This document shows positions 37,290 to 46,939 of a stretch of DNA of 64,000 nt, piece after piece. How positions within the stretch are numbered: position 1 is the first letter of the stretch; every line of letters starts with the position of its first letter. The DNA comes from Bacteroidales bacterium. GTDB lineage: Bacteria > Bacteroidota > Bacteroidia > Bacteroidales > WCHB1-69. The position numbers were made by a program, and so were the translations under genes. The stretch lies in NCBI GenBank assembly GCA_024400835.1, contig JAKSMC010000005.1:27456-91455 (forward strand). Direction: 5' to 3'. Under the pieces are notes generated by a model. It was not told the origin of the DNA. It saw nothing but the letters and a program-made list of their open reading frames with translations, and did no database searches.

Positions 37290-37970
37290 CTACATGACAA
37301 ATTTGAATCCAGTACCATGTACATTGATGATCTGGATTTGCGGCTCGCTCTTGAAGTATTTGCGAAGTTTTGTGATGTACACATCCATGTTTCGTGCATT
37401 GTAAAAACTGTCATCACCCCAGATCTTCTTGAGGGCGTATCCGCGTTCCAAAATGTCGTTCTTCTTGTCGACAAGCATTTCCAACAATTGAGCCTCTCTT
37501 GTGGTGATGCGCTTTTCTTCACCTTTGATGATGAGTACCTGACGCTTTTTGTCGAAAATAATACTGCCTAATTCAACGGTGTCGCTCTTCTCTTCTTGAC
37601 TGATTGTGCGGCGAAGCAATGCCTGAATACGGGCTAAAAGCACGTCGATGGCAAATGGCTTTGTGATGTAGTCGTCACCTCCTATGGAAAGCCCTTTGAT
37701 CATATCTTCCTGTAAATTTTTGGCAGTTAGGAAGATGATAGGTATCTTCTTGTCTCGCTTACGTATTTCTTGTGCCAACGTGAAACCGTCCATAAGGGGC
37801 ATCATCACGTCAATGATACAGATGTCAAAAGTGCCGGTGCAGAACATCTCATATGCGATTTCTCCGTTGGTGGCGTGGCTTATACTGAACCCTTTGCCTG
37901 TCAGGTAGGTGGTCAACACTTTGCCTAAGTTGACATCGTCTTCTGCAAATAGTATCTTTATAGCGTCCAT
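37290..37970 (-). CDS. OmpR/PhoB-type response regulator (receiver + winged helix), no kinase gene adjacent
   Basis: ORF 37290..38111. The likely start is the ATG at 37970 (MDAIKILFAEDD). The phospho-acceptor context is DICIIDVMMP. C-terminal trans_reg_C-like region. Confidence 0.85.
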   Translation of the reverse strand: MDAIKILFAEDDVNLGKVLTTYLTGKGFSISHATNGEIAYEMFCTGTFDICIIDVMMPLMDGFTLAQEIRKRDKKIPIIFLTAKNLQEDMIKGLSIGGDDYITKPFAIDVLLARIQALLRRTISQEEKSDTVELGSIIFDKKRQVLIIKGEEKRITTREAQLLEMLVDKKNDILERGYALKKIWGDDSFYNARNMDVYITKLRKYFKSEPQIQIINVHGTGFKFVM

Positions 37971-38158
37971 GACTTGTTGTTTTTGTTGCCGCAAAAATAT
38001 AAAAAAATCATGAAAAAAAATTTTATGATAAATATTTTTAATAATTAAAATCATATTAAAAAATTGTATATTTGCAGCGTTTTTGTGCGCATGTTCTGAA
38101 ATGGTCAACATGTTGTAAAACGTGTTGATATAGTGTTTTATAACAAAATTTTAATCGT

Positions 38159-39709
38159 ATGAAAAAAATTAATATTTTGCAAATCAGAACTGCTACGTTG
38201 ATTTTGGCGCTCTTCTCGGTCAATATGCTATTGCATGCTCAGACTACTCTTTATCAGGAAAATTGTGGCACGCCGACGGCGACTACACTTATTCAAAACT
38301 ACACGGGCTGGCAGAATGCCAATGTCTTATATACAGGCAATGGAACTTGCGATGTCCGTACTTCTTCAGCCTCATCTGGCTATGGCCTTGCTTCCGGAGG
38401 TGGCAATGTTATGATCAATGATACAGTGAAATGGTTCCAAATTTCCGGCATCAATACAAGTGCTGATACAAATATCTCGCTATATTGCGGACTTAGAAAG
38501 ACTACGGCCGAAAATGGCTCGAACTTCGTCGTCGAAGTTTCTGCTGATAGTGTGCAGTGGCAGAGAATCGTGCTTGAAGATACGCTCCCCTCAGGAACTG
38601 GAACGTCCGGATGGTATCGCGTGCGCTTCCCCGGTGTTATCTCTTGTCCGAATCTGCATATCCGTTTCTCCAACCTTTCTTCAGCGGAATATCGTATTGA
38701 TGACATCGCGTTGGTAGTGGGGGAGGAGACGGTCTTGCAAACGGTGGCAAAACCGACTTTTTCTCCTGCTGGAGGCACCTATTACGAACCCAAAACGGTG
38801 ACGATTTCTTCTGCCACTGAAGGCTCTACTATTTATTTTACTATGGACGGCTCTACACCTTCGACTAATTCTAACTTGTATCAAGGACCGTTGACAATTA
38901 ATAACCCGGTCACGGTGAAGACTTTTGCTGTTCATGCTGGAATGTATGACAGTGAAGTCGCTACGGCTTCCTATGTGATATTGGATACTAATTCTTTGGT
39001 GGCACTGCCGTTAGATCTGTCTACGAATAGTGAGACAGGTCATCAGGATATCACTCAGATGCCGGGCTTCCGGGGGTATCATTTGGGCTCTTCCTATGCT
39101 GATGGCTCGGTGAAGTTCGAATCTTCTCACGCCGGTGAGGCTATGCTGATAGCTCATCTGGACAGCGCTCCCGACCAACTTGTCTTTGAGATGAAAGGCA
39201 AGAACGGAGGCTCGAATCCCTCTGCTTATGAAGGCGTTTCCATGGAAATCGCTGAATCCGCTGACGGACAGCAGTGGAATTCGTTGATGACACTTTCTGA
39301 AAACGATATTTCGATAGAAGATTTCATCCGCTTTAATGGGATTACTTTGAATGAGAACACTCGTTATATTCGATGGAAGTTGTTGGCTTCGACGAAAGGC
39401 AATACTCAGTTGAACAACATTGCTATTTCCAAACGAGAAGAAATCCCAGTAGATACTACTGCTATTTTGGACTATAATAGTGCGCTTGTCGCTCTTTATC
39501 CTAATCCTACTAATGCGTACCTGAATGTGGTCAGCTGCGGCATTGACATTACTTCTTGTATCTTGTTTGATTTGAACGGGCAAGAAGTAAAAAGTTGGAA
39601 TGGCCCAAATTACAGAAAGATGTCAGTCTCTAATATTCCTGCGGGAATGTACATCCTTCATATCCATACTCCTGAAGGAATGTTCCAAAGAAAGGTCGTT
39701 AAGTATTAG
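38159..39709 (+). CDS. Secreted protein with chitobiase/Fn3-associated-like domain and T9SS C-terminal sorting domain
   Basis: Signal peptide present. FSPAGGTYYEPKTVTISSATEGSTIYFTMDGSTP is a CHB_HEX_C-like motif. The C-terminus is LYPNPTNAYLNV...IPAGMYILHIHT...RKVVKY. Confidence 0.8.
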   Translation: MKKINILQIRTATLILALFSVNMLLHAQTTLYQENCGTPTATTLIQNYTGWQNANVLYTGNGTCDVRTSSASSGYGLASGGGNVMINDTVKWFQISGINTSADTNISLYCGLRKTTAENGSNFVVEVSADSVQWQRIVLEDTLPSGTGTSGWYRVRFPGVISCPNLHIRFSNLSSAEYRIDDIALVVGEETVLQTVAKPTFSPAGGTYYEPKTVTISSATEGSTIYFTMDGSTPSTNSNLYQGPLTINNPVTVKTFAVHAGMYDSEVATASYVILDTNSLVALPLDLSTNSETGHQDITQMPGFRGYHLGSSYADGSVKFESSHAGEAMLIAHLDSAPDQLVFEMKGKNGGSNPSAYEGVSMEIAESADGQQWNSLMTLSENDISIEDFIRFNGITLNENTRYIRWKLLASTKGNTQLNNIAISKREEIPVDTTAILDYNSALVALYPNPTNAYLNVVSCGIDITSCILFDLNGQEVKSWNGPNYRKMSVSNIPAGMYILHIHTPEGMFQRKVVKY

Positions 39710-39787
39710 AATTTGTGGGGATTGGAATCGGTATCAGACATGTAGAAGGCAAGTGAACAAAGGACTGGTTCCAATCTCTCTTTTTTG

Positions 39788-39795
39788 TATCTTTG
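39788..39795 (+). promoter_or_regulatory. -7 box TATCTTTG
   Basis: TTTTGTATCTTTGCGCCCCT, 22 nt upstream of the ATG at 39817. The same 20-mer recurs at 62449. Confidence 0.5.
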
Positions 39796-39816
39796 CGCCC
39801 CTATTATTATGTTGTT

Positions 39817-40479
39817 ATGAAAGGCAAATTTCTTATCTTGTGCGCAATTGCAATGACGATGGTTTCTTGTTCCAAAACGGAAACTACTTACTATCCTGAC
39901 GGCCATGTGCAGTCCACTATTCACTATCGTTTCGGCAAAGAAACAGGGAAGTCAGTCTATTATTATGATGTCCCCAATACGGTGGAAATAGAAGTTGAAA
40001 TGAAAAGAGGCAAACGTAATGGTGAATTTTATCGCTATTTTGAAAACGGTCTTCTGGATACGCATTGCCAATATAAAAACGATTCTATTGAAGGCGTGGA
40101 AATCAATTATACGCCTAATGGAGAGAAAATGCAAGAATTCACTTACGTCAATGGTGTCAAAAACGGACCTCATAAGGCCTATCACTTGTCTGGGGAGACA
40201 AAAATCACAGGCTCCTTTAAAAACGATAAGTTTGATGGAGAATGGAAATACTATGACGAACGTGGCGTGATGGTAGGTGAGGGCTCTTTTAACGAAGGCT
40301 CTGGCGATGTCACTTTCTACGATCAAAGAGGTTTGCCCAGTCGGAAGACTCATTACAAAGACAATAAAAAAGATGGCGCTGAGGAGTATTTTACTCCGAC
40401 CGGATCTACTTATAAAACTATTGTATTCGAGCAGGATAGAATCATTTCAACTTCGGTAGATTCATCCCTTATTAGATAA
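39817..40479 (+). CDS. MORN-repeat-variant lipoprotein (YwqK-like family)
   Basis: The start at 39817 gives MKGKFLILCAIAMTMVSCSK (lipobox). It has repeated G-x-G-x-Y-Y-x-NG units. Confidence 0.7.
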   Translation: MKGKFLILCAIAMTMVSCSKTETTYYPDGHVQSTIHYRFGKETGKSVYYYDVPNTVEIEVEMKRGKRNGEFYRYFENGLLDTHCQYKNDSIEGVEINYTPNGEKMQEFTYVNGVKNGPHKAYHLSGETKITGSFKNDKFDGEWKYYDERGVMVGEGSFNEGSGDVTFYDQRGLPSRKTHYKDNKKDGAEEYFTPTGSTYKTIVFEQDRIISTSVDSSLIR

Positions 40480-40484
40480 CTATA

Positions 40485-42014
40485 ATGCGGAAATTCCTGG
40501 TAATACTTTTTCTCATCGTTGCAGTGTTAGGTGTCTCTAATGCTCAAGGAGGTCATAAAATCAAATACCGTGCAGATATGGGGTATTATGACGAGGAAGT
40601 GCTCAATGGCGCCCAACGCCTTATCGGGAATGTCGCTTTTGCACAAGACAATGTCAGAGGATATTGTGACAGCGCTTACCTATATGAACAAGACAACTAC
40701 ATTATTGCCTTCGGTGACAAAGTGAAAATCCTTGTCGGTGATTCGGTTCGCCTCTATGGCCGCAGGGCTTATTATGACGGAGATGAAAAAACTGCTTCTA
40801 TTGCAGTTAATGTCCGTTTGGAAAAAGGCCAGGCGTATCTTCTCACGGATAGTATTATTTACAATACCAAACAAGAAGTTGGATATTATCTGACTGGTGG
40901 TAAGTTGATAAATGATAAAGATACTATGACAAGCCAAGAGGGCCTTTACTATACCAAAACAGACATTGCTATAGCTAAAAAGAATGTTCTTTTGTGGAAT
41001 GATACGTACCACGTGGACTGTGATTCTCTGAAATACAATGCGGCTTCCAAAATCGCCTATTTCATTTCACGTACGCATCTTACTTCAGATGAACATGAAA
41101 TTTTCACGACATCAGGTTGGTATGATACTGAACATGAAATATCCACTTTGGCGCAGGATGTTCAATTGTTTAGTGGCTCGCAATCTATGACAGCGGATAG
41201 TGTTTATTATGACCGGGCGCTTCGTTATGGCCGAGGTTGGAATAATGCAACCATTGTTGACACGGCGAAGAAGTATGTTGTGAAAGGCAATTATGTGGAG
41301 CATCATGAAAAGGAGGGAATTTCCCTGGCTACCGATAGCAATCTCCTTGTTTTAATTGATGACAACCAGGATTCGCTGTTCCTTCATTCGGATACGATAA
41401 TGGTATATTTCGACGAAGAACATGAGTTGCAGTGGGCACGGGCATACAATAAGGTGAAATTCTATAGGGAAGATATGCAGGGCGCTTGTGACTCTTTAGC
41501 GGTGCTTAAAGAAGACTCTACCTTGTTTATGTTCTATAATCCAGTCATTTGGACCGAATCCTATCAGTTGACGGGAGATACCATTCGATATATGGCGCTT
41601 GATTCTGTAAATTCGCAAGTGGATCTTATTAAAGCAGGTTTTGTTGTCGGAAGTTTGTATGACGATACTGAGTTCAATCAAATCAAAGGTGTGAATATCA
41701 CGGGATTTTTAACGGACCAGAATTTGTATAGAGTTGATGTGGTCGGTAATGCAGAATGCGTTTATTATTTGCAGGAGGAGGATAGTACGCTGATTGGTAT
41801 TAACACTTCAATGACAAGTGAGATGCGCGTTCTTTTGGACAGCAATAAGATTCAACAGATTCGCTTTTATGACTCGCCTGATGGTAAGGTATATCCTGAC
41901 GAGCAGTTTGAAAACAAGGACCGCAAACTACAGGATTTCCGATGGTTGATAGATTATCGCCCGAGAAACATTATGGATCTGTACGTTAAGCCAATTCCGC
42001 GCTACAAAGATTAG
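40485..42014 (+). CDS. Secreted protein, OstA/LptD-N-terminal-like (tentative)
   Basis: Signal peptide present. The N-terminal region LIGNVAFAQDNVRGYCDSAYLYEQDN resembles OstA-like beta-jellyroll repeats. 509 aa. Confidence 0.5.
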   Translation: MRKFLVILFLIVAVLGVSNAQGGHKIKYRADMGYYDEEVLNGAQRLIGNVAFAQDNVRGYCDSAYLYEQDNYIIAFGDKVKILVGDSVRLYGRRAYYDGDEKTASIAVNVRLEKGQAYLLTDSIIYNTKQEVGYYLTGGKLINDKDTMTSQEGLYYTKTDIAIAKKNVLLWNDTYHVDCDSLKYNAASKIAYFISRTHLTSDEHEIFTTSGWYDTEHEISTLAQDVQLFSGSQSMTADSVYYDRALRYGRGWNNATIVDTAKKYVVKGNYVEHHEKEGISLATDSNLLVLIDDNQDSLFLHSDTIMVYFDEEHELQWARAYNKVKFYREDMQGACDSLAVLKEDSTLFMFYNPVIWTESYQLTGDTIRYMALDSVNSQVDLIKAGFVVGSLYDDTEFNQIKGVNITGFLTDQNLYRVDVVGNAECVYYLQEEDSTLIGINTSMTSEMRVLLDSNKIQQIRFYDSPDGKVYPDEQFENKDRKLQDFRWLIDYRPRNIMDLYVKPIPRYKD

Positions 42015-42035
42015 AACGGTCTGTTAGATGAAAAT

Positions 42036-42074
42036 AAAAAGAGCTTCATTAGACAACTAATGAAGCTCTTTTTG
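42036..42074. terminator. Bidirectional terminator shared by the 40485 gene and tmRNA
   Basis: AGAGCTTCATTA-GACAAC-TAATGAAGCTCT is flanked by an A-run and a T-run. Confidence 0.8.
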
Positions 42075-42080
42075 CTTTTG

Positions 42081-42468
42081 TGGAGCCGGAGGGAGTCGAA
42101 CCCTCGTCCAAACAAGCCGCAAGAATGCTTTCTACAAGTTTAGTCTTCGTTTACTTTTCGTCTGCTGTATGGTACGAGACCGACCTCACAGTAGCTTATC
42201 TTCTAAAATTTCGCTTGCGCATCGAAGCCTACGCTTGCTATCTGTCCTTTTATGACACTTCGTACCGGACGTTGGACGGAATAACTTCCGGGGAAGCGCC
42301 CGCGGCTACAGACCTTGTCTGCGCGGCAGGATCCGCAACAATTACGCTGCGAATGCATAAGAAGTTTCGCCGTTTATTGGCATCGAGAGTTAACTTTTAA
42401 CGGAATCAGCTCACAAACTCCGACCTGCTTACATTCCCCCGTTCTCGCTGTCAAAACCAAACGACCCC
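42081..42468 (-). ncRNA. ssrA: tmRNA (SsrA), tag reading frame GETSYAFAA-stop at 42371..42342
   Basis: The minus-strand 5' end is GGGGTCGTTTGGTTTTGACAGCGAGA. The 3' end is a tRNA-like T arm, GGGTTCGACTCCCTCCGGCTCCA. The acceptor pairing includes G3:U. The tag resembles the Bacteroidota GE(N/T)NYALAA tags. Confidence 0.92.
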
Positions 42469-42486
42469 AGGAGAAAAAGGTGAGGT

Positions 42487-42909
42487 CTATTTGACCTCGC
42501 CTTTGAGTTGCAATATGACTCTGTCCGTATTTGCGTTGGACAGTACTGTGATTCTCTTGCTGATGAGACCAGGATTCTTGGCGGTATATGTCGCCTTGAT
42601 CGTGCCTTTCTTACCAGGCATGACTGGTTGCTTTGACCAAGTCACTGTGGTACAGTCGCAGGATGATATCACATCGTCTAAAATCAACGGCTTTTTACCG
42701 ATGTTTGTGTAAGTAATTGTGACTACTTTAACATCTTTGACCTTCAATGTACCAAAATCAACTGTCAGCTTGTCGAACTTGATTTCAGCACCTGTTCCTT
42801 TGTAGGTAGATGTTGTTTTTGATGAGGACTTGCTTGATGTCTTTGATGATTGAGCCTGTACTGCTACGAAACTGCATATAATCATGCAAAGAATGAGTAA
42901 CTTTTTCAT
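42487..42909 (-). CDS. DUF1573 domain protein (secreted)
   Basis: Signal peptide present. FDFGTL...NIGKKPLILDDVISSCDCTTVTW...PGKKGTIKATY is the DUF1573 pattern. Confidence 0.85.
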   Translation of the reverse strand: MKKLLILCMIICSFVAVQAQSSKTSSKSSSKTTSTYKGTGAEIKFDKLTVDFGTLKVKDVKVVTITYTNIGKKPLILDDVISSCDCTTVTWSKQPVMPGKKGTIKATYTAKNPGLISKRITVLSNANTDRVILQLKGEVK

Positions 42910-42936
42910 TGGTATATTGAATTAAAGGTTGATATT

Positions 42937-43392
42937 TTATTTTACTTTTACGGCACCGCCTTCGTTGGAAGGAGCAGCTTCAGCCGGTTTTGTGGATACG
43001 TTGCCCTTGATGTTAAGAACTACGCGGTTATTTGTTGCGTTAGACTCAACTGTGATGCTCTTGTTGATGGCACCGATACGTTGGGTGTTGTATTTCACTT
43101 TGATGACGGATTTCTTACCAGGAGCGATGGGGTCTTTCGGCCATTCGGGCACTGTGCAGCCACAACTGGAACGGCAATTCGTGAGCACTAAATCGGCTTT
43201 GCCAGTGTTTTTGAATACGAATTCGCAGGTGCCGTTGTCGCCTTGTTGAATGTTACCGTAATCGTGAACTAACTTTTCAAATGTGATTTCCGGTTCTTTG
43301 ACTTTCTTAGGTTTTGCTTGGGTTGTAGCATCTTGTGCAACTGCGGCAAAAACAAATGCCATGACAATTAATAAACTAAATGCTTTTTTCAT
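42937..43392 (-). CDS. DUF1573 domain protein (secreted), paralog
   Basis: HDYGNIQQG...NTGKADLVLTNCRSSCGCTVPEWPKDPIAPGKKSVIKVKY. Confidence 0.85.
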   Translation of the reverse strand: MKKAFSLLIVMAFVFAAVAQDATTQAKPKKVKEPEITFEKLVHDYGNIQQGDNGTCEFVFKNTGKADLVLTNCRSSCGCTVPEWPKDPIAPGKKSVIKVKYNTQRIGAINKSITVESNATNNRVVLNIKGNVSTKPAEAAPSNEGGAVKVK

Positions 43393-43465
43393 AACGTTGT
43401 TTTTTTGTAGTTTTATGTAATGTTGTTAATTTCTAAAAAACGAGTCCAAAGACGACGATTTCTTT

Positions 43466-43921
43466 CTATAGTTTAATGTTTTTGTTTTTTTTCTTCTTGA
43501 TGGCTTCTACTGCAAGATGATAGCTGTCCAATCCAAATCCGGATATGCTCCCCACACAAACAGATGCGAGCATTGATTCTCTACGATACTGTTCTCGTCC
43601 GAAGATGTTGCTGATGTGGACTTCGATTACGGGGCAACTGGTTGCTCCTACCGCATCGGCCAGTATTATGGATGTGTGCGTATAGGCTCCTGCATTCAAT
43701 AGGATCCCGTCATAGTCTTTTGCTTTAGCAATGTGCTTCGCCAATTGTGTTTCATCGTCTTCTTGCAGATATTCGAATTTGCAGTCCGGATGAATGGCTT
43801 TAAGCTCATCCAGATATTCTTCAAAGGAGACATCCCCATAGATGTTAATCTCCCGTGAGCCTAACTGTCCGAGGTTGACGCCATTGGCGATGAGGATACT
43901 ATATTTATACGTCTTATTCAT
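43466..43921 (-). CDS. aroQ: Type II 3-dehydroquinate dehydratase
   Basis: Motifs are NGVNLGQLGSRE, NAGAYTHTS and HISNI...RE. 151 aa. Confidence 0.9.
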   Translation of the reverse strand: MNKTYKYSILIANGVNLGQLGSREINIYGDVSFEEYLDELKAIHPDCKFEYLQEDDETQLAKHIAKAKDYDGILLNAGAYTHTSIILADAVGATSCPVIEVHISNIFGREQYRRESMLASVCVGSISGFGLDSYHLAVEAIKKKKNKNIKL

Positions 43922-44213
43922 GTACTATGATGAACACATCTTCACTCTCTCTGTGCATATTCAGATGTTCGCGAGCATATTTCTCAAGAAGGTTGGAATC
44001 GGCATGCAACTGGTCGAAAGTGTACACGTTGCCCACTTGATTCTTAGTGTACGTGATCTTGCTTTCCAAATTGTCTATTTTCCTATTCAGCTCATGATGA
44101 GTTTTAATCGTATGGTCTGAAATGAAGAAAAAGTAAATTGCAAAGACTATGATCGTTGCACTGTAAAGTATCAAGAAAAGGTGCTTTCGGTGTTTGTTGG
44201 ATCCCTTTTCCAT
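43914..44213 (-). CDS. Septum formation initiator (FtsB/DivIC-like) protein
   Basis: 99 aa with one N-terminal TM span, then a coiled coil and the LEKYAREHLNM motif. Confidence 0.7.
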   Translation of the reverse strand: MEKGSNKHRKHLFLILYSATIIVFAIYFFFISDHTIKTHHELNRKIDNLESKITYTKNQVGNVYTFDQLHADSNLLEKYAREHLNMHRESEDVFIIVHE

Positions 44214-44222
44214 TGGTATAGA

Positions 44223-45764
44223 TTATCTAGCGTAGTTTACGGAACGAGTTTCTCTAATAACGGTGATCTTGATTTGGCCGGGATAGGTCATCTCGTTCTG
44301 GATTTTCTTGGAAAGATCCATGGAAATCTGAGTTGCTTCAGCATCCGTGACCTTTTCAGCACCCACGATGACGCGCAATTCGCGGCCTGCTTGGATGGCG
44401 TATGTCTTGACAACACCAGGGTAGGTGAGGGCAAGGTTCTCAAGGTCGTTGAGTCGTTTCATGTAGGCTTCTACGACTTCGCGACGAGCGCCGGGACGAG
44501 CACCGGAGATAGCATCGCAAACTTGTACGATAGGGGCAATCAATGTGGTCATTTCCATTTCGTCGTGGTGTGCGCCGATGGCGTTCACGATTTCCGGACG
44601 TTCCTTGTATTGCTCAGCCAAACGGGCTCCGAAGAGTGCGTGCGGCATTTCGGGTTCTGTATCGGGCACTTTGCCAATATCGTGCAAGAGACCTGCGCGG
44701 CGGGCGATTTTTGGATTGAGACCCAGTTCTGCAGCCATTGTGGCACTGAGGTTTGCAACTTCTTTGGCATGTTGCAGCAGGTTCTGTCCGTAAGAGGAAC
44801 GATAGCGCATCTTACCTACCATGCGCATCAGTTCGTGCGGCATGTTGTTGATGCCCAAGTCGATGCAGGTTCTCTTACCTAATTCGGCGATTTCCTGTTC
44901 GATCTGCTTCTTGGTTTTAGCGACCACTTCCTCGATACGTGCGGGATGGATACGTCCGTCTGAGATGAGTTTCTTCAGAGATTGGCTTGCGATCTCACGT
45001 CTGACAGGGTCGAAACTTGACAGCAGGATTGCGTCTGGCGAGTCGTCAATGATGACGTCAACGCCAGTGAGGTTCTCCAGAGTTCTGATGTTACGGCCTT
45101 CACGTCCGATGATACGGCCCTTGATTTCGTCGTTTTCGATGTTGAAGACGGAAACCGTATTTTCAACAGCTGCTTCAACACCAGTGCGTTGCAATGCGCT
45201 CACAACGACTTTCTTGGCTTCCAAGTTGGCAGTGGCCTTAGCTTCGTCGACGATATCCTTGATAAGGACCATGGCGTCGGCTTTGGCTTCCTCCTGCATT
45301 AATGTCATGAGTTGCTCTTTGGCCTGTTCTGCTGTGAGCTCTGCTATGGATTCCAATTTGGCCTTTTGGATAGCCGTTTGGTTTTCAAGCTCTTTCTGCT
45401 TTTGTGCGGCAGCCTGGAGCTGTTTGTTAAGATTGTCTTTCAGTGTGTTGTTCTCATTGGTTTTGCGGTTGAGATCCTCCATCTTCTGATTGAGGGTGTT
45501 CTCTTTTTGTTTTATTCTGTTCTCAGCTGAAGCCAGTTGCTGGTTGCGTTCGTTTACGGTTTTTTCGTAATCGCTTTTAAGTTGGAGGAATTTCTCTTTA
45601 GCTTGAAGTATTTTCTCCTTCTTTAATAATTCGCCGTCTTCTTCTGCTTTTTTCAATGCTTCACGGCCTTCTTTCGTAAGTTGTTTTTTCAAAAGAGTAT
45701 AGGCAATACCCATGCCGGCAGCGATGCCTATCAGTATGCCTATTACGATCCAAAGTACTGTCAT
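44223..45764 (-). CDS. rny: Ribonuclease Y
   Basis: Has an N-terminal TM span, a long coiled coil, a KH domain ([12 protein letters not shown]) and an HD domain (LLHDIGK). 513 aa. Confidence 0.95.
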   Translation of the reverse strand: MTVLWIVIGILIGIAAGMGIAYTLLKKQLTKEGREALKKAEEDGELLKKEKILQAKEKFLQLKSDYEKTVNERNQQLASAENRIKQKENTLNQKMEDLNRKTNENNTLKDNLNKQLQAAAQKQKELENQTAIQKAKLESIAELTAEQAKEQLMTLMQEEAKADAMVLIKDIVDEAKATANLEAKKVVVSALQRTGVEAAVENTVSVFNIENDEIKGRIIGREGRNIRTLENLTGVDVIIDDSPDAILLSSFDPVRREIASQSLKKLISDGRIHPARIEEVVAKTKKQIEQEIAELGKRTCIDLGINNMPHELMRMVGKMRYRSSYGQNLLQHAKEVANLSATMAAELGLNPKIARRAGLLHDIGKVPDTEPEMPHALFGARLAEQYKERPEIVNAIGAHHDEMEMTTLIAPIVQVCDAISGARPGARREVVEAYMKRLNDLENLALTYPGVVKTYAIQAGRELRVIVGAEKVTDAEATQISMDLSKKIQNEMTYPGQIKITVIRETRSVNYAR

Positions 45765-45835
45765 AATATATTATTGTAATTAGTTAGAAATTAAGTTTAT
45801 TATCCTTTATAATTACAACAGATTGGCTGGAGAAA

Positions 45836-46030
45836 GAAAAAACCGCATAAGTTCCAAGGGGTTTCGAAAAACTCCTAAATGATATGGTCGAAGGTGCCGT
45901 CCTACTTCGAGCGTCCCCGGGCTGTGCGCCATCCTTACGGATTCGGGCCTGTTCTAGGTCTGACCAAGCGTCCCCTTCGTTTGTAAATGTGTTGAGTTTA
46001 ACAAACGGTATCAGAACTTATGCGGGATGG
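45836..46030 (-). ncRNA. Candidate structured ncRNA (~185-190 nt), 6S-like by size and position; identity unverified
   Basis: A 12-bp closing helix pairs CCGCATAAGTTC (45843..45854) with GAACTTATGCGG (46014..46025). Internal helices on the minus strand are CGUUUGU/ACAAACG, UCGAAG/CUUCGA and AUCC-GUAA-GGAU. A U6 tract follows the closing helix. It starts about 20 nt after the zapA stop. Confidence 0.4.
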
Positions 46031-46046
46031 GTTTTTCAAAGAACGT

Positions 46047-46343
46047 CTAATCAATTTCCAATTTGTCAGAAAGTGTCTTAAGTGATTCCATCATCGGCTC
46101 TATCTCTTCCTCATATCCTTTCAGCCTTTCCTCATCGGCGAGCCATTTCACTACAAAATCGACTAATATTTTTGACATCAAGTCTATTTGGTCACTATAT
46201 GTCCATTTCTTGGCGAATTCCAAAAAACTATCATTGATTACTTTTTCGGCTTCTCTGAAGTAGTGCTCCCATTCTTTTTGAATCACAACGGTCAATGGCC
46301 TTTGGCCAACCTGTATTGTGATTTTCATCTTTCCATCATCCAT
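46047..46343 (-). CDS. zapA: Cell division protein ZapA-like
   Basis: The likely start is the ATG at 46343 (MDDGKMKITIQVGQRPLTVVI...EAEKVINDSF), 2 nt after the upstream stop. The pattern and the ~98-aa length fit ZapA. Confidence 0.65.
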   Translation of the reverse strand: MDDGKMKITIQVGQRPLTVVIQKEWEHYFREAEKVINDSFLEFAKKWTYSDQIDLMSKILVDFVVKWLADEERLKGYEEEIEPMMESLKTLSDKLEID

Positions 46344-46345
46344 GA

Positions 46346-46636
46346 CTACTTGTTTTTGAGAAGTGCTATGCAATTATCTATCTCCCGCACCCAATCGTTG
46401 ATTTGCTTTTTTGTTTGTTTTGTATCTTCTTTATATAGTACTGTTTTTGTTACAACTAATAATTTTAATTTATTTTCGGCGTCTTCGACTTTCTTGCGTA
46501 ACTCCTCCGTCTCTTTTTCCAGCGCCGCTTTCTCGTTCTTCAATCGATCGTTTTCCTTACGCAATTCGGCCATTCGCAGCAGTGCCGCCTTTACATTATA
46601 TTCAATCTTATTATATAGAATATCAAATTTAGCCAT
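46346..46636 (-). CDS. Small coiled-coil protein (ZapB-like position), unknown family
   Basis: 96 aa with a heptad-rich ELRKENDRLKNEKAALEKETEELRKKVEDAENKLK. A -7 box TATTTTTG lies at 46662..46655. Confidence 0.55.
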   Translation of the reverse strand: MAKFDILYNKIEYNVKAALLRMAELRKENDRLKNEKAALEKETEELRKKVEDAENKLKLLVVTKTVLYKEDTKQTKKQINDWVREIDNCIALLKNK

Positions 46637-46825
46637 TGCTACTTTTTAGACGTGCAAAAATACACTTTTTTGTTGTTCTTTTTAAACCTACCTGCCCATT
46701 TTTTTATCTTTTCGCTTTCGATACTTTTTATTTAGTTAATCGACAAAACTTTAAGCCCCATTATAAACACTGCTATGTTTTTTTCTTTTTTTTTTAAGAT
46801 TTTGTTCGTGCTATTAAAAAAAATG

Positions 46826-46833
46826 TATTTTTG
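46826..46833 (+). promoter_or_regulatory. -7 box TATTTTTG for the sigma factor gene (~105-nt leader)
   Basis: AAAATGTATTTTTGCTGC. An SD-like AAAGGAG lies at 46927..46933. Confidence 0.4.
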
Positions 46834-46939
46834 CTGCATTATTTTTTAACGTAATCTATTAATCAATTTATAAGGAGAACCGCTATCGACGAATTTGTAC
46901 TTTCTTAGTTTCTAACCACTTAAAAGAAAGGAGTTCCAG

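Noticed and set aside
42080-42400. 106-aa plus-strand ORF
   Set aside because: It lies entirely within and antisense to the tmRNA gene, which has clear tRNA-like ends and a tag reading frame.
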